Part shown: piece after piece, positions 19,676 through 29,936 of the stretch
Layout of the letters: each line of letters begins with the position of its first letter
Numbering within the stretch: position 1 is the first letter of the stretch
DNA from: a virus
IMG/VR virus record: IMGVR_UViG_3300045988_176106
Direction: 5' to 3' (one strand)
Length of the DNA: 64,000 bases
Made by a program: the position numbers and the translations under genes
Notes under the pieces: generated by a model
What the model was told of the DNA's origin: nothing
Database searches by the model: none
The model's input: the letters and a program-made list of their open reading frames with translations, nothing else

Positions 19676-22005
19676 AAGCTACAACTCTCACAATGTTCTT
19701 CTTCTTGAGAAGCGACAGGTTCAACTACCTCTGCCTTTGTTTGAGAATCGCCATTATACAATGATACATCCATTGTATCTTGGTTATTATTATAATAAAG
19801 TGTCTTTAGACCATAAGCATAGGCAAGGTATAGTTCATTAATAATAGATGTAACTGGAACCTTGTCATTTGAAAAATTCTTTCTATTAGTATAAGTATTA
19901 GCAGATATGGCTTGGTCGGTATATTTTTGCAAAACAGCAACTGTTTTTATATAACCTTCATTATTTTTCCAATCCCATACTATATCATACTTATCTTTTA
20001 ATCTTATTAATTCAGGAACTGTAAATTTAGCAACAGTCTCTTTACCGCCCTTGCTTTGAATTAAAGCTCTAACGGGTTCAATACCATTTGTTGTACCTGA
20101 TCCAGAAATTTTAGCAGAAGTTTCAGCAGGGAACAATGCAATCATAGATGCATTTCTTACACCATATTTTTTAACTTCATTTCTTATTTCATCCCAATCA
20201 TAATATTCTTTATGAGGGATTATATCTTCTAGCGCGGGTTTACGAATATCTAAAGGCAATATACCTTCTGCCCATTTTGTATCCATCCACCCTTCACATG
20301 GACCACGTTTTTTAGCTAATTCAATAGAGGCTTTAATAACTGCATGAGAATATGTCTGCATCCAATAATCAGTTAATTCATAATTATTATTATAGCTTAG
20401 ATTATTTTTAGCAAGCCAATATGCGAACCCAGTTATACCAAGACCAATAGGTCTAAATAGATTATTATGCCGCTTAGCAGCACCAAACGGATGTTCTTGG
20501 TAACTTAATATATTATCAATGGCATTCATCATTACATCTGCAATATCATAAAAATCATCAGGACTATTAACTGCGCCCCAATTAATACCACCAAGATTAC
20601 ATAATGCTATAAGACCATCAATATCGTATTTTTCTGTAGTGCTATCATATTTGAATTCTAAATCAGCAGTAGGTAATGCAATTTCCATACATAAATTACT
20701 AGAGAATATAGGATGCTTATCTTCATTATAAGTAGACTTCTCATTAAGAGTATCAGCAAATCCTATATAAACTCTTCCAGTACCAATACGTTCAGCAACA
20801 AGAAGTTCAATATATCTAGATGACGGAACAGCAATTTTATTTATTTTAGGATCAGCTACACAGCGATTATATTCTTTAGCAAATTCAGATAGCTTAGAAG
20901 AATAAAAAAGTTTCCAAAGTTTAGGAACTTCTGGCGGATCAAATAAATAAATATCTTCATTATTACGAATTTTATGAAGAATAAATCCATTAATCCAGAT
21001 AGCATGATCACTATGTTTCATAGAGTCAGCATCAGGTCTAGCACTATTTTTATAACTTACAGTATCAAGAAAATCTTTATGTAATCCATGCCAATGAAAA
21101 GTTATGCTACCTTTACGAACACCACCTTGAGAACAAGACAAAGCAGCACGTTCTATCGATTGAGCATGATACAATGCACCAGTATTGATAGCAGCACCAT
21201 TTCTTATTGGGGATAACTTACCTCTAAGATCGCCGGTATGAATACCTAATCCAGCTCCAAGAGTAGCATATCTACGCGCAGCCATATCGACCGCAGAGAT
21301 CGAATCAATCGAATCCCCTGTCTTGATAACAACACAGCTACTGAACGCTCTTGTAGGCGTTCTGAGCCTAGCTAAATGAGGCGTAGGAATATTCCACACA
21401 CCTTCGGATAAATATTTATATGCCTTTGCGACATATTGAAGTCTTTCCTCTTTAGAGTATAACTTATTCTCATTGAGGAAATACATCATTGCGACACACA
21501 TATATGATATTTGAGGAGTTTCAAAATAAGTACCTGTTGCACGATTCTGAACAAGATATTTCTTTTCCCATTCAAGTGCACCAGAGATACTGAAATTGAA
21601 ATCTCTATCATGATCAATAAGTGTATCTAAATACTCAATTTCTTCTTCAGTATAATTAGCCAAAAGATCCTCAGTATACATACCAAGATATGTATTTTCT
21701 TTTATTATAGAAAGAAGACTATCAGGTGTAAAATCACCATAGGCTTTTTTACGAAGATCAGACATTAAAATTCTTCCCGCAACTATAGCATAGTCAGGAT
21801 TATTTTCAGAAATTAGGGACTCGGCTGAGTCTCTTAATGCCTTATTAATATTATCAGTAGTAATACCATCATAAATAAGAAGGTCAGAATTCATTGCAAT
21901 ATCAGACATTGATGCATCTAACCCATCGCAAACAAATTCTAAAAATTTATTTATTTTTTCGGGATTATATTCTACTTTTAAACCATTACGTTTTACTACA
22001 ATCAT
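19672..22005 (-). CDS. nrdA: ribonucleotide reductase class Ia large subunit
   Basis: N-terminal ATP-cone (VVKRNGLKVEYNPEKI), active-site SNLCMEIALPT, and a C-terminal CxxC tail (CESCSL). Colinear with E. coli NrdA. Confidence 0.9.
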   Translation of the reverse strand: MIVVKRNGLKVEYNPEKINKFLEFVCDGLDASMSDIAMNSDLLIYDGITTDNINKALRDSAESLISENNPDYAIVAGRILMSDLRKKAYGDFTPDSLLSIIKENTYLGMYTEDLLANYTEEEIEYLDTLIDHDRDFNFSISGALEWEKKYLVQNRATGTYFETPQISYMCVAMMYFLNENKLYSKEERLQYVAKAYKYLSEGVWNIPTPHLARLRTPTRAFSSCVVIKTGDSIDSISAVDMAARRYATLGAGLGIHTGDLRGKLSPIRNGAAINTGALYHAQSIERAALSCSQGGVRKGSITFHWHGLHKDFLDTVSYKNSARPDADSMKHSDHAIWINGFILHKIRNNEDIYLFDPPEVPKLWKLFYSSKLSEFAKEYNRCVADPKINKIAVPSSRYIELLVAERIGTGRVYIGFADTLNEKSTYNEDKHPIFSSNLCMEIALPTADLEFKYDSTTEKYDIDGLIALCNLGGINWGAVNSPDDFYDIADVMMNAIDNILSYQEHPFGAAKRHNNLFRPIGLGITGFAYWLAKNNLSYNNNYELTDYWMQTYSHAVIKASIELAKKRGPCEGWMDTKWAEGILPLDIRKPALEDIIPHKEYYDWDEIRNEVKKYGVRNASMIALFPAETSAKISGSGTTNGIEPVRALIQSKGGKETVAKFTVPELIRLKDKYDIVWDWKNNEGYIKTVAVLQKYTDQAISANTYTNRKNFSNDKVPVTSIINELYLAYAYGLKTLYYNNNQDTMDVSLYNGDSQTKAEVVEPVASQEEEHCESCSL

Positions 22006-22280
22006 AGTGTTTTATTTGCAATTTTCTCTTGGATCATTTTATTATCACCAAGATACACTAATTCTTTCTCTTCAGTATATTTAAATATCTGTGGAACAGT
22101 TTTAGGACGAGGAAGACCCAAATTATCAAATATACTTAACAATTCATCTTTAAGTTCAGGACGTTCGTCAACATATAGAACTTCAACAGATTCTTCAAAA
22201 TCATCAAGATAAGATTTTAAAGAATGTAAAGCTTCTTTGCAATGAGGACAATTATTTTTTGAATAAATTTTAATTTTCAT
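22002..22280 (-). CDS. glutaredoxin/NrdH-like redoxin
   Basis: CPHC active site (YSKNNCPHCKEA). Start trimmed to the MKIKIY Met. Lies between nrdB and nrdA. Confidence 0.75.
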   Translation of the reverse strand: MKIKIYSKNNCPHCKEALHSLKSYLDDFEESVEVLYVDERPELKDELLSIFDNLGLPRPKTVPQIFKYTEEKELVYLGDNKMIQEKIANKTL

Positions 22281-23463
22281 TAAATAACCCTTTAATCTCT
22301 TTGGTGGATACACCAGGAGTATCATGCTCTATATCATCAGGCAAACCAAGATTAATCATAGTTAATCCTTCACGATAATCACCAGATCCATAATCAACAA
22401 TGCCTTTTTCATATGTAGTAATTTCTACTTCTTGAGGAGCCGGTTGATCGCCCATATCATTGCCAAGCCACTTATTAATCCATACAATAGGGTTTTCATG
22501 TACAGATTCAAATCCAGCAACTTCTTCTAGAGTGCCAATTTCAAAATACTCTAATCTTGTAGTAGCAAGATAGCAAAGATATTTAAACAATATCTTTTCA
22601 TTCAATCCGAATATTTCACCTTCTTTAAATAGGTATTTTGCCCATTCTGCTTCTTCAAGAATAACAGTACGCCACATTTCTTTAATAGCTTTTATTACTT
22701 CAGGATCTTTAGCAATAAAGGCAATATCAGGATCGTCATTTTTTACTATTTTTATAAGATTATTAGTTATAGCAACATGCACTTTCTCATCGCGGGCAAT
22801 AAGAGTTATAATCCGAGCAAGACCTGGAAGTACACCATTTTTACCAAATGCAAAACTACAAGCAAATGAGATATGGAATCTTAATGCCTCTAATGAATTT
22901 GCAGCATGTAGTGCCAAATAAATAGCTTTACAAGCTTCATATCTGGAAACTTTATTTTCATAAAATAATTGAACTTTTTCTATAGCATCATCATAATACT
23001 TAGCAATAGAATCAGAACATGTAACAATCTCTTTGATATCCAATACCGTATCTAAAACATCTTTAGGCTGAGAGAAGCTTGATTGGATAATATGAGTATA
23101 CGATTTACTATGTAAAGTCTCATATGCACTCCACCATTTAACACATGCTTCTAATGTAGGATCACTAGTAGCTATGCCAAATACTAAATCAGGAGCACGT
23201 CCCATAATACTATCTAGCATTATTTGACGTTTAATATTAGATATAACTATATGTTCTTGGGCCTTAGTTAGGCTACTAAAGTTAGATCTATCTTTTGACA
23301 TGTCAATCTCTTCAGGACGCCAAAAGAATCCAAGTTGTTGATCTAACAATTTAAGAATAACAGGATATTTAGGATCATCAAAACGCTGAATAGATAAACC
23401 ACTTTGTTTATTTAAAAATAGTGTATCAGATACAGCATCTCTATTAAAAACTTTTGAAGACAT
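22270..23463 (-). CDS. nrdB: ribonucleotide reductase class Ia small subunit
   Basis: FFWRPEEIDMSKD, SYTHII, RFHISFACSFAF and ARDEKVHV iron/radical-site motifs. Colinear with E. coli NrdB from its N-terminus. Confidence 0.9.
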   Translation of the reverse strand: MSSKVFNRDAVSDTLFLNKQSGLSIQRFDDPKYPVILKLLDQQLGFFWRPEEIDMSKDRSNFSSLTKAQEHIVISNIKRQIMLDSIMGRAPDLVFGIATSDPTLEACVKWWSAYETLHSKSYTHIIQSSFSQPKDVLDTVLDIKEIVTCSDSIAKYYDDAIEKVQLFYENKVSRYEACKAIYLALHAANSLEALRFHISFACSFAFGKNGVLPGLARIITLIARDEKVHVAITNNLIKIVKNDDPDIAFIAKDPEVIKAIKEMWRTVILEEAEWAKYLFKEGEIFGLNEKILFKYLCYLATTRLEYFEIGTLEEVAGFESVHENPIVWINKWLGNDMGDQPAPQEVEITTYEKGIVDYGSGDYREGLTMINLGLPDDIEHDTPGVSTKEIKGLFNEN

Positions 23464-23469
23464 TATTAA

Positions 23470-23668
23470 ACCTTTTTATTATTGTTATTATTCTTTAGGC
23501 ATATGCCTAATAAAATGGGTCGTATAGCTCAATAATGAATACTAAGATAATAGACCCAGCTCAGCACGGAGCTGCAGCTGATGCATGCAGATCTGGCTGA
23601 GTATCTGTACAATCCCAAAGCGATTGTACAGAAAACATAAAATATAAATCCCTAAGGATTTAAGCAGG
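23470..23668 (-). promoter_or_regulatory. structured GC-richer leader upstream of nrdB (function unknown)
   Basis: Several stable hairpins on the minus strand: CTGTACAATC/GATTGTACAG (10 bp), CTCAGC...GCTGAG, GGGTC...GACCC, and TTAGGCATATGCCTAA. Confidence 0.3.
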
Positions 23669-24139
23669 CTACTTATTTCGCCTGCTATTTTTATATTCGA
23701 GATAACGTTTATGTCTTATCTCTTTAGCTTTTTTATTTATAGGATTATCACGATTATCATCTAATACGAAATAATCATACTCTACTCCTGGATCTGGTAT
23801 AGAATCTATCAAAGACTTTAATTCTTCTTTAGTTTTAGGACAATCCCACTGATTTATCCTTAATAACCTGATACCCATTTCAGCAGCTATGGAATCTTTT
23901 TTAGAATCTTTTAATTGCTGTAACAAAAAGCCATTTTCATCTCTATGGAAATGCTTTACAAATTTTGTATGGTGGGCCCCATCTAATTCTACCACTACAC
24001 CTATTTGTTTTACAAAGCAGTCAAATCTCATGCCATTCGGCAAGGTTGCCTCATAAATCACGTCATAGTTTGGATACAATTCTTTTAAGAATCTGTATAT
24101 TATACGTTGTTCTTCTGATCCTCTATTATCAGAACTCAC
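23669..24139 (-). CDS. DUF559/Vsr-fold (PD-(D/E)XK-like) endonuclease, possible free-standing homing endonuclease
   Basis: The pattern MRFDCFV...VVVELDGAHH...GIRLLRI is typical of DUF559/Vsr-like nucleases. Its position next to the nrd genes resembles T4 mob genes. Confidence 0.5.
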   Translation of the reverse strand: MSSDNRGSEEQRIIYRFLKELYPNYDVIYEATLPNGMRFDCFVKQIGVVVELDGAHHTKFVKHFHRDENGFLLQQLKDSKKDSIAAEMGIRLLRINQWDCPKTKEELKSLIDSIPDPGVEYDYFVLDDNRDNPINKKAKEIRHKRYLEYKNSRRNK

Positions 24140-24447
24140 GATTTAAGCTTTCCGGTAAAATTATAATTCATACCATCAATTGCAATACCAAGTCCATTAT
24201 CAAAAAAGAATTTATGATAAGCATCAAATGCATCATCATTTTCTATTTTTGCAAAATTATGAGGAGCAAATTTCCAAATAGCATCTTTATCAATTATCCT
24301 ATTGATATAATATTTACCAGTAGAAATGTCAACAATACATGCTACTTCGTCGTTATCGTCTTCTAGAACAGACACTACAAGTTGAGTATCGCCAGTTCCT
24401 TCAACTATCCATCCTTGACTTAAAGGGGCCATATGAACTATTTTCAT
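24136..24447 (-). CDS. hypothetical protein
   Basis: 103-aa ORF with overlapping stop/start. Confidence 0.4.
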   Translation of the reverse strand: MKIVHMAPLSQGWIVEGTGDTQLVVSVLEDDNDEVACIVDISTGKYYINRIIDKDAIWKFAPHNFAKIENDDAFDAYHKFFFDNGLGIAIDGMNYNFTGKLKS

Positions 24448-24662
24448 CGTTTATCTCCATATCCAAGTAGGAAAAACATAGTCATAACTATAATTATAGA
24501 TACAGATACGCAACCAATAAATACTAATGGGCCAAGAAAAACTACTGCCCAAGAAATATTTATTATTCCGATCATTTTAAATATGCTTAAAGCAAGCATC
24601 ATTCCTGATATATATCCAAATAAAAATGGTCGTATATCATCTCTTACTCTATATATTTTCAT
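24444..24662 (-). CDS. small membrane protein
   Basis: 72 aa with two hydrophobic segments (LFGYISGMMLALSIF and VVFLGPLVFIGCVSVSIIIV). Confidence 0.45.
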   Translation of the reverse strand: MKIYRVRDDIRPFLFGYISGMMLALSIFKMIGIINISWAVVFLGPLVFIGCVSVSIIIVMTMFFLLGYGDKR

Positions 24663-24663
24663 T

Positions 24664-25512
24664 TTATATCCTATATATAGGGATCATATCTTTAACAGAA
24701 CACATATTATTATATTTACAAGTTCTACAAAAGATAAGATTACTGGTAAATGTTGGGTCTGCCCTACAGAAATTAATAGCAGACTGAACATTAACCTTAT
24801 TGATAGGAATTCTTTGCAATGAGATAGTATTACCTTCAGAAAAAGGAATTACTATTTCATATACATTTAGTAGATTTAATCCAAGATCATTGAAATGATT
24901 TATTATATGCAATACTCTAGGGTTAGATATAGTTCGGGCATTATTTCTTGCACCAAATACTTGGGGAGTTAGTATAAAAACTTCTATCCCATCTTCACTA
25001 ACAGTAATTAAGTCTACATATTGTTGATAACATAATCTAGGATTTCTACCATATGATAAATATATTTTCTCTTTAGAGATAAAACCAGCAGAATTCTTTA
25101 TTTTATCTTTTAATGTTTTAATACAAGAAACAAAGCTAATATAAAGAGTCGATAAATATTTTATTTGAGAATCATTTATATTAAATATCTTTAATTCTTC
25201 TGTATTGTCTATATGTGATGCAAGTTCAGATATATCTACATTTGGATCTTTTAAAAAAATATTAAAAGCTTCAAATATTTTAATGCCGCAAAATTCTTTA
25301 AATCTTAAATTATTGTTATTAATGCCTTCAAAATCTACTATAAATTCTGGATAATGTAGGGCAACATCATCATAATTAGACATTGCCTTACAAAACATTG
25401 ATACTGACAAATGATTAAATGAATTAAAATTAGGAACAGTTTTTGGTAAATCAAATCCTTTAAATTCTACTTTGCCAGCAACTAAATCCTCTTCTAATTC
25501 ATTATTAAACAT
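24664..25512 (-). CDS. Cas4-like Fe-S cluster protein (nuclease-like), divergent
   Basis: C-terminal CRTCKYNNMC has the same CX2CX5C spacing as the Cas4-like gene at 28367-29302. An upstream Cys sits in LCYQQY (compare ACMRQQWY). The catalytic D..ExK is not clear. Confidence 0.4.
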   Translation of the reverse strand: MFNNELEEDLVAGKVEFKGFDLPKTVPNFNSFNHLSVSMFCKAMSNYDDVALHYPEFIVDFEGINNNNLRFKEFCGIKIFEAFNIFLKDPNVDISELASHIDNTEELKIFNINDSQIKYLSTLYISFVSCIKTLKDKIKNSAGFISKEKIYLSYGRNPRLCYQQYVDLITVSEDGIEVFILTPQVFGARNNARTISNPRVLHIINHFNDLGLNLLNVYEIVIPFSEGNTISLQRIPINKVNVQSAINFCRADPTFTSNLIFCRTCKYNNMCSVKDMIPIYRI

Positions 25513-28022
25513 TACATTCCTTCTTCATAAGCAGTATTTTCAGCTACAATGGTTTTATATTCAGTCTCCGTTATTTCAACAAAGAATGCCTTTTCTGGCC
25601 ATGACTTAGTATATATATTACCTTTAAATGCAGCTATTTTATTTTTACCTACGGCCCATTCTACAATAGGACGTTTATATCGTTTAGGATCGTCAGGGTC
25701 AATATGATAAGCAGTAGCCTTTTCTCTTAAACCATGAAGCTCATTCCAGCCGTGCATAATTAAATTACTATCATATACAAGACTATTTGACTCAGCAATA
25801 TTATTATTATCTGGTTTTTGATCAAGAGGCATCTTTGTATATTCTACAGTACTAACAATAGTAGAATTATACTTAACTGCTAATGCTTTTACTTCATGAG
25901 ATAAGGTTTTATATTTTTCTCTACCTTCAGAACCATTATTAAGCTGAACCAAATGGAAATTATCTAAAAAGAAGTACAATCTTCTATTGGGATATTTATC
26001 ACGATATGTTCTAAGAAGCGTCTCAATAAAATCTAAACTTCTACCGTCTATTGAGTCATAAAGTACAAATCTGTCTTCTCTGGCATAAGATAAATATTTC
26101 TTATAAAATATTTCTCTTTCATCTTTAATAGAGGCATAAAGAACAGGGTTGTCTTTATATAAATCTGGCTTAGCAAATTTATTAATATCCAATAGCTTAA
26201 ACAGATACATATCATTATTTTCCCATGCCCTTAGGCATGAATCAAAACAACAAATACGAGGAAGGAGCTCTTTAGCACTATCATCAATAGATAAGAATAC
26301 AACCATAGAATCTGGATTGTTCTCTACTATTCTCCACGCTAAATTAACCTCCCATGAAGTTTTACCAACATTCGATCCACCGCCAATGAATATTACTTTA
26401 CCGGATGTATCCCCATCGGTAGCAGCATTAAGAGAATGAAATTGTGGTTTACCCCAATTAATAAGACTAAAGCTATCAGTATCTTCTTGATACTCTTTAA
26501 TAGCTAAAATATTATTAATGCGAGAAGAAGTTTCCATTATCCCAGCATTAAAATTCTGATTAATTTCATAAATTTCAGTAAGAGCTTCATTAAGCGCTAA
26601 TTCAGGATCAACAGAAGATTCATCAAGATTGCGCACAAGATTTTCTAAAACACGTTTTTTAGCATTTTCAACTTTACGAGTTTTATCAGATTCAGTTTTT
26701 TCGATTTCATCTCTAATAACTTTATCACTATATCCAGTATACATTGCAAGCTCATTAATCATTCTTTCTCTACGAATGTATGATGGCTCAGCACATATAA
26801 TAGGGATTACTGCTAGTGATATAACCTCAGGATCAGTATCGGAATCAAATCTTTGCAATCTCCAAGAAAAAGAATCTATAACAGGCAAAGCTTTAAAAGC
26901 TTCTTTGCCATGTTTCCTTATATATTCATCTGGATCGGTCTTTATTTTATTGCCATCTTCGTCATATTCATCTGGCAAAAATATAAATTTTATTTTAATA
27001 TCATGTATCTTAGATGCAACATCATCAAGAATTGCTTTAGCTTTTTCAGTTCCAGCATCATCATTATCAAGACACATAATAATTTCATAAATAGCATTGC
27101 GACGCAATGTATTTAAATGATGTTCAGAAAAATTCAAACCACAAATACCAACAGCATTAGTAATACCATTATTATGTAGTGATAATGCATCAGAATTTCC
27201 TTCTACAACTATAACGCTTTCATTACGTTTAGCTTTATCTAGAAGATATAATCTTTCTTTTTTGCGGTATATATTTTTCTTAATATTAGATATTGTAGAT
27301 CCAATAAATTTTGGACCATTTATAAAGTTGCCTGTACTTTCATCAACTTTTCCATCATAAGCAAGATTCCTTGCTTGAAATGCAACAGGACGACCATTGT
27401 CATCACATATCGTATAAATAATATTATTAGAATTAAATATACGTTTATTGCTTAAGTCAATTTCATCTATAAATGACGCCATATAACCACAAGATTTAAG
27501 ATGCTCCCGTAATTTATTAACGTCATTACATATGCCAACTTTATATGCTTTCATAAATTCTCTTGAAAAGCCTCTTTTCTTCATTTCAGCTTTTTGAAGA
27601 TCATTAAAATCTTCTTGAGAAATTATATAGTTTGCAGCAGCTTCATATGCCTGATACATATTTAATTCATATATATCATCTTCACTAAGCTTTTTATATA
27701 CAAGCTCAACACCATATTTATCTGCAAGATATGTAGCAGTATTGTCTATTAAGCCTGCACCCATAATAGGTCTGCCTTCTAAGACATTTGCTACATTAAA
27801 TATATCCATGACAGTATTACAGCCATGACAACGAAGAAGAGGATATCCCTCTTCAGTAGTAAACATAGACATAGATGGCGTATGATCATCATGGTCTGGA
27901 GATAGGCATCTTATTTTATGCCCATCTTTAACATCATGACCATGTTCCTCTAAATACTGAGGAAGAAACATACGCAACTTATCCATCTGAGTCTTAAAAT
28001 CAGTAAGTTGCTTAATAGACAT
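25512..28022 (-). CDS. bifunctional primase-helicase (T7 gp4-like)
   Basis: CHC2 zinc finger (CLSPDHDDHTPS...RCHGCN), TOPRIM (VVEGNSDALSL and CLDNDDAG), and a DnaB-family Walker A (IGGGSNVGKTSW). Confidence 0.85.
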   Translation of the reverse strand: MSIKQLTDFKTQMDKLRMFLPQYLEEHGHDVKDGHKIRCLSPDHDDHTPSMSMFTTEEGYPLLRCHGCNTVMDIFNVANVLEGRPIMGAGLIDNTATYLADKYGVELVYKKLSEDDIYELNMYQAYEAAANYIISQEDFNDLQKAEMKKRGFSREFMKAYKVGICNDVNKLREHLKSCGYMASFIDEIDLSNKRIFNSNNIIYTICDDNGRPVAFQARNLAYDGKVDESTGNFINGPKFIGSTISNIKKNIYRKKERLYLLDKAKRNESVIVVEGNSDALSLHNNGITNAVGICGLNFSEHHLNTLRRNAIYEIIMCLDNDDAGTEKAKAILDDVASKIHDIKIKFIFLPDEYDEDGNKIKTDPDEYIRKHGKEAFKALPVIDSFSWRLQRFDSDTDPEVISLAVIPIICAEPSYIRRERMINELAMYTGYSDKVIRDEIEKTESDKTRKVENAKKRVLENLVRNLDESSVDPELALNEALTEIYEINQNFNAGIMETSSRINNILAIKEYQEDTDSFSLINWGKPQFHSLNAATDGDTSGKVIFIGGGSNVGKTSWEVNLAWRIVENNPDSMVVFLSIDDSAKELLPRICCFDSCLRAWENNDMYLFKLLDINKFAKPDLYKDNPVLYASIKDEREIFYKKYLSYAREDRFVLYDSIDGRSLDFIETLLRTYRDKYPNRRLYFFLDNFHLVQLNNGSEGREKYKTLSHEVKALAVKYNSTIVSTVEYTKMPLDQKPDNNNIAESNSLVYDSNLIMHGWNELHGLREKATAYHIDPDDPKRYKRPIVEWAVGKNKIAAFKGNIYTKSWPEKAFFVEITETEYKTIVAENTAYEEGM

Positions 28023-28029
28023 TATTGTA

Positions 28030-28353
28030 TTACTCCGCTGAGTCTACTTTATCGTCATTTGCAGCAGATGCAGTTTGTACAGCTTCTGCAGCTTTTTCAG
28101 CATCAGCAAGAGCTTCTTTTTGCATTAACTCAATTTGTTCTGTAACTTTAGCAGAAGTTTTAGCAATAGCAGCAGTTAGATCTTCTTCAGTAATAAAGTT
28201 TTTCTGAATCAAAACATCCATAAGAGAAGATGCTAAAATACTCAGATTAGCAATACCTTCTTCATGACTAATTACGCCGTTAGAAAGATTGTTAACAGCA
28301 GCAGTTAATTGTTCTAATGTATAGACTTGTGTATTATTATTTTTTTGTGTCAT
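28030..28353 (-). CDS. hypothetical acidic helical protein
   Basis: 107 aa, Ala/Glu-rich and helical. No motif recognised. Confidence 0.4.
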   Translation of the reverse strand: MTQKNNNTQVYTLEQLTAAVNNLSNGVISHEEGIANLSILASSLMDVLIQKNFITEEDLTAAIAKTSAKVTEQIELMQKEALADAEKAAEAVQTASAANDDKVDSAE

Positions 28354-28366
28354 TTTATTACTTTCA

Positions 28367-29302
28367 TTAAGCTAATGATTCTTGTTGTTTTAAACATAAA
28401 GTTTTATAATTGCAATACGAACATTGCCAATCACCAATAGGATATTTCTTTTTATTAGATTCCCATTTTTCGTAATTGGTTTTTGCAATCTCCCCAGCAT
28501 TGTATAACCGGATAACTTTTTCATCAGAATATACGTGTTCGTAATCTGGACGAGGAGGAACTTCTTGACTTTCTCTTAAAGAGTTAATCAATTCTGTGTA
28601 TCTAGCAAGAAGATTTTCCATCGTTATTCCAGGCATATCATATGAAAATGATGCACCTTTAGAATTCTTACAATCAATATGAATAAGGGTTTTACCCTCT
28701 TCAACTGGATTAAGTGTAACCCAGAATTCTTGATTATTTTCTGGACCAGCACAACTTCTATCAAAATAAGTTAAAAGGACTCTTTTAACTCCACCATTTT
28801 CTGGTTTAGAAAAATACATCAAATATAATGCAGCTTGCATTACATTTTGTACTTTAGGTGTAGGGGTGCGCCCAGATAATCCAATTAATTCAGACTTAGC
28901 TTTATAATTATTACTACTATAAGTCTTAGATTCTATAATTATAACTTCATCAGTTTCTGGATCTCTAACAACAATATCAACTTCACCGGATAAATAATAT
29001 TCCGGCAGTGACCATTTTACACTGTTAGCTTCCCAGATTCCCATCTGTTTACATTGTTCAGTGAGCCAATCTTCCCATAAATTACCAGCAGCAAATATAT
29101 ACTGACTATATTCACCAGATGGATCGCTTTCTTTATAACCTGCACAACGATACCATTGTTGTCTCATACATGCGCCATAAATAATAGATGGATTATCCAT
29201 GTCTCGACAGCTAGCAGCACTAGGATACATTGTTGGCAATCTTTTTGCTTTAAGGGCTGGCTTACGTACTAAATGATTATTTAATTTATTAAAAAAATGC
29301 AT
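28367..29302 (-). CDS. PD-(D/E)XK exonuclease with a Cas4/AddB-type Fe-S cluster
   Basis: GEVDIVV...EVIIIESKT (D...ExK), an N-terminal Cys (GACMRQQWY), and C-terminal CSYCNYKTLC (CX2CX5C). Confidence 0.75.
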   Translation of the reverse strand: MHFFNKLNNHLVRKPALKAKRLPTMYPSAASCRDMDNPSIIYGACMRQQWYRCAGYKESDPSGEYSQYIFAAGNLWEDWLTEQCKQMGIWEANSVKWSLPEYYLSGEVDIVVRDPETDEVIIIESKTYSSNNYKAKSELIGLSGRTPTPKVQNVMQAALYLMYFSKPENGGVKRVLLTYFDRSCAGPENNQEFWVTLNPVEEGKTLIHIDCKNSKGASFSYDMPGITMENLLARYTELINSLRESQEVPPRPDYEHVYSDEKVIRLYNAGEIAKTNYEKWESNKKKYPIGDWQCSYCNYKTLCLKQQESLA

Positions 29303-29316
29303 TTAAATATTTACCA

Positions 29317-29454
29317 TTATTGAGAAACTTTTCCACACTTACAGCACTCTTTATATGAGCCACCATTGTAAGTTTTTATTTCTTTATATTTCCATTTGTG
29401 AATACAAAACAAATTTTTATGTATCCATTTATAAATTAAATGAATATAGTACAT
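29317..29454 (-). CDS. small zinc-ribbon-like protein (below the ORF-track cutoff)
   Basis: Hand translation gives MYYIHLIYKWIHKNLFCIHKWKYKEIKTYNGGSYKECCKCGKVSQ*, which has a C-x-H...CxxC pattern. Confidence 0.3.
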   Translation of the reverse strand: MYYIHLIYKWIHKNLFCIHKWKYKEIKTYNGGSYKECCKCGKVSQ

Positions 29455-29455
29455 A

Positions 29456-29848
29456 TTAATATTCAGTTAAAAAATCTATAACAGAGATTGGTAAATAGTT
29501 GGACATATTAATTGTATGTATATGTCCATCAATAACAAATACAACTTTACATTCTATTAATCCGTCATCTGCACGAAATAACCAAAAATGATGATCTTCG
29601 CCAAAATTAAAAAAGGAAAAATCAGCATAAAGCTCCATTTGATATACACTATCTCTAGTTTGAGTCATTGCAATAATAGCTTCTTTAAATTTTGTCTTGT
29701 TAATAGAAACGCCAACTATCCTGTCTCCATTAACAGATACAGCAGCAGAAATATCATGAGAATGTGCATCTATTATTTCTTCATACTGTTTAAACGTGGT
29801 TTTAAATACAAAATTATTATAACTATCAATATAAAATTCTTTTTTCAT
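29456..29848 (-). CDS. hypothetical protein
   Basis: 130-aa ORF. No motif recognised. Confidence 0.4.
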   Translation of the reverse strand: MKKEFYIDSYNNFVFKTTFKQYEEIIDAHSHDISAAVSVNGDRIVGVSINKTKFKEAIIAMTQTRDSVYQMELYADFSFFNFGEDHHFWLFRADDGLIECKVVFVIDGHIHTINMSNYLPISVIDFLTEY

Positions 29849-29914
29849 TAGAAACTTTCATATATTATTATTTTTCTAATTATATACAGTTTTTTGTTTT
29901 ATATAAAAAAGAAA

Positions 29915-29936
29915 AGGCTGAGATTTCTCTCAGCCT
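29915..29936 (-). terminator. rho-independent terminator after dnaE
   Basis: Minus strand reads AGGCTGAGA-GAAA-TCTCAGCCT followed by TTTTCTTTTTT. It overlaps the dnaE stop codon. Confidence 0.7.

Noticed and set aside
17203-19841. Plus-strand ORFs overlapping minus-strand genes (17203-17445, 18905-19108, 19111-19392, 19566-19841). Similar antisense ORFs occur throughout 24-60 kb.
   Set aside because: Each lies entirely inside a longer ORF with recognisable motifs or operon coupling on the opposite strand. Their Ile/Phe/Leu/Ser-rich composition is typical of AT-rich antisense frames.
23464-23668. Group I intron in nrdB
   Set aside because: NrdB is colinear with E. coli NrdB from its first residues. 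The structured segment lacks the R/S-like core elements seen in the other introns.
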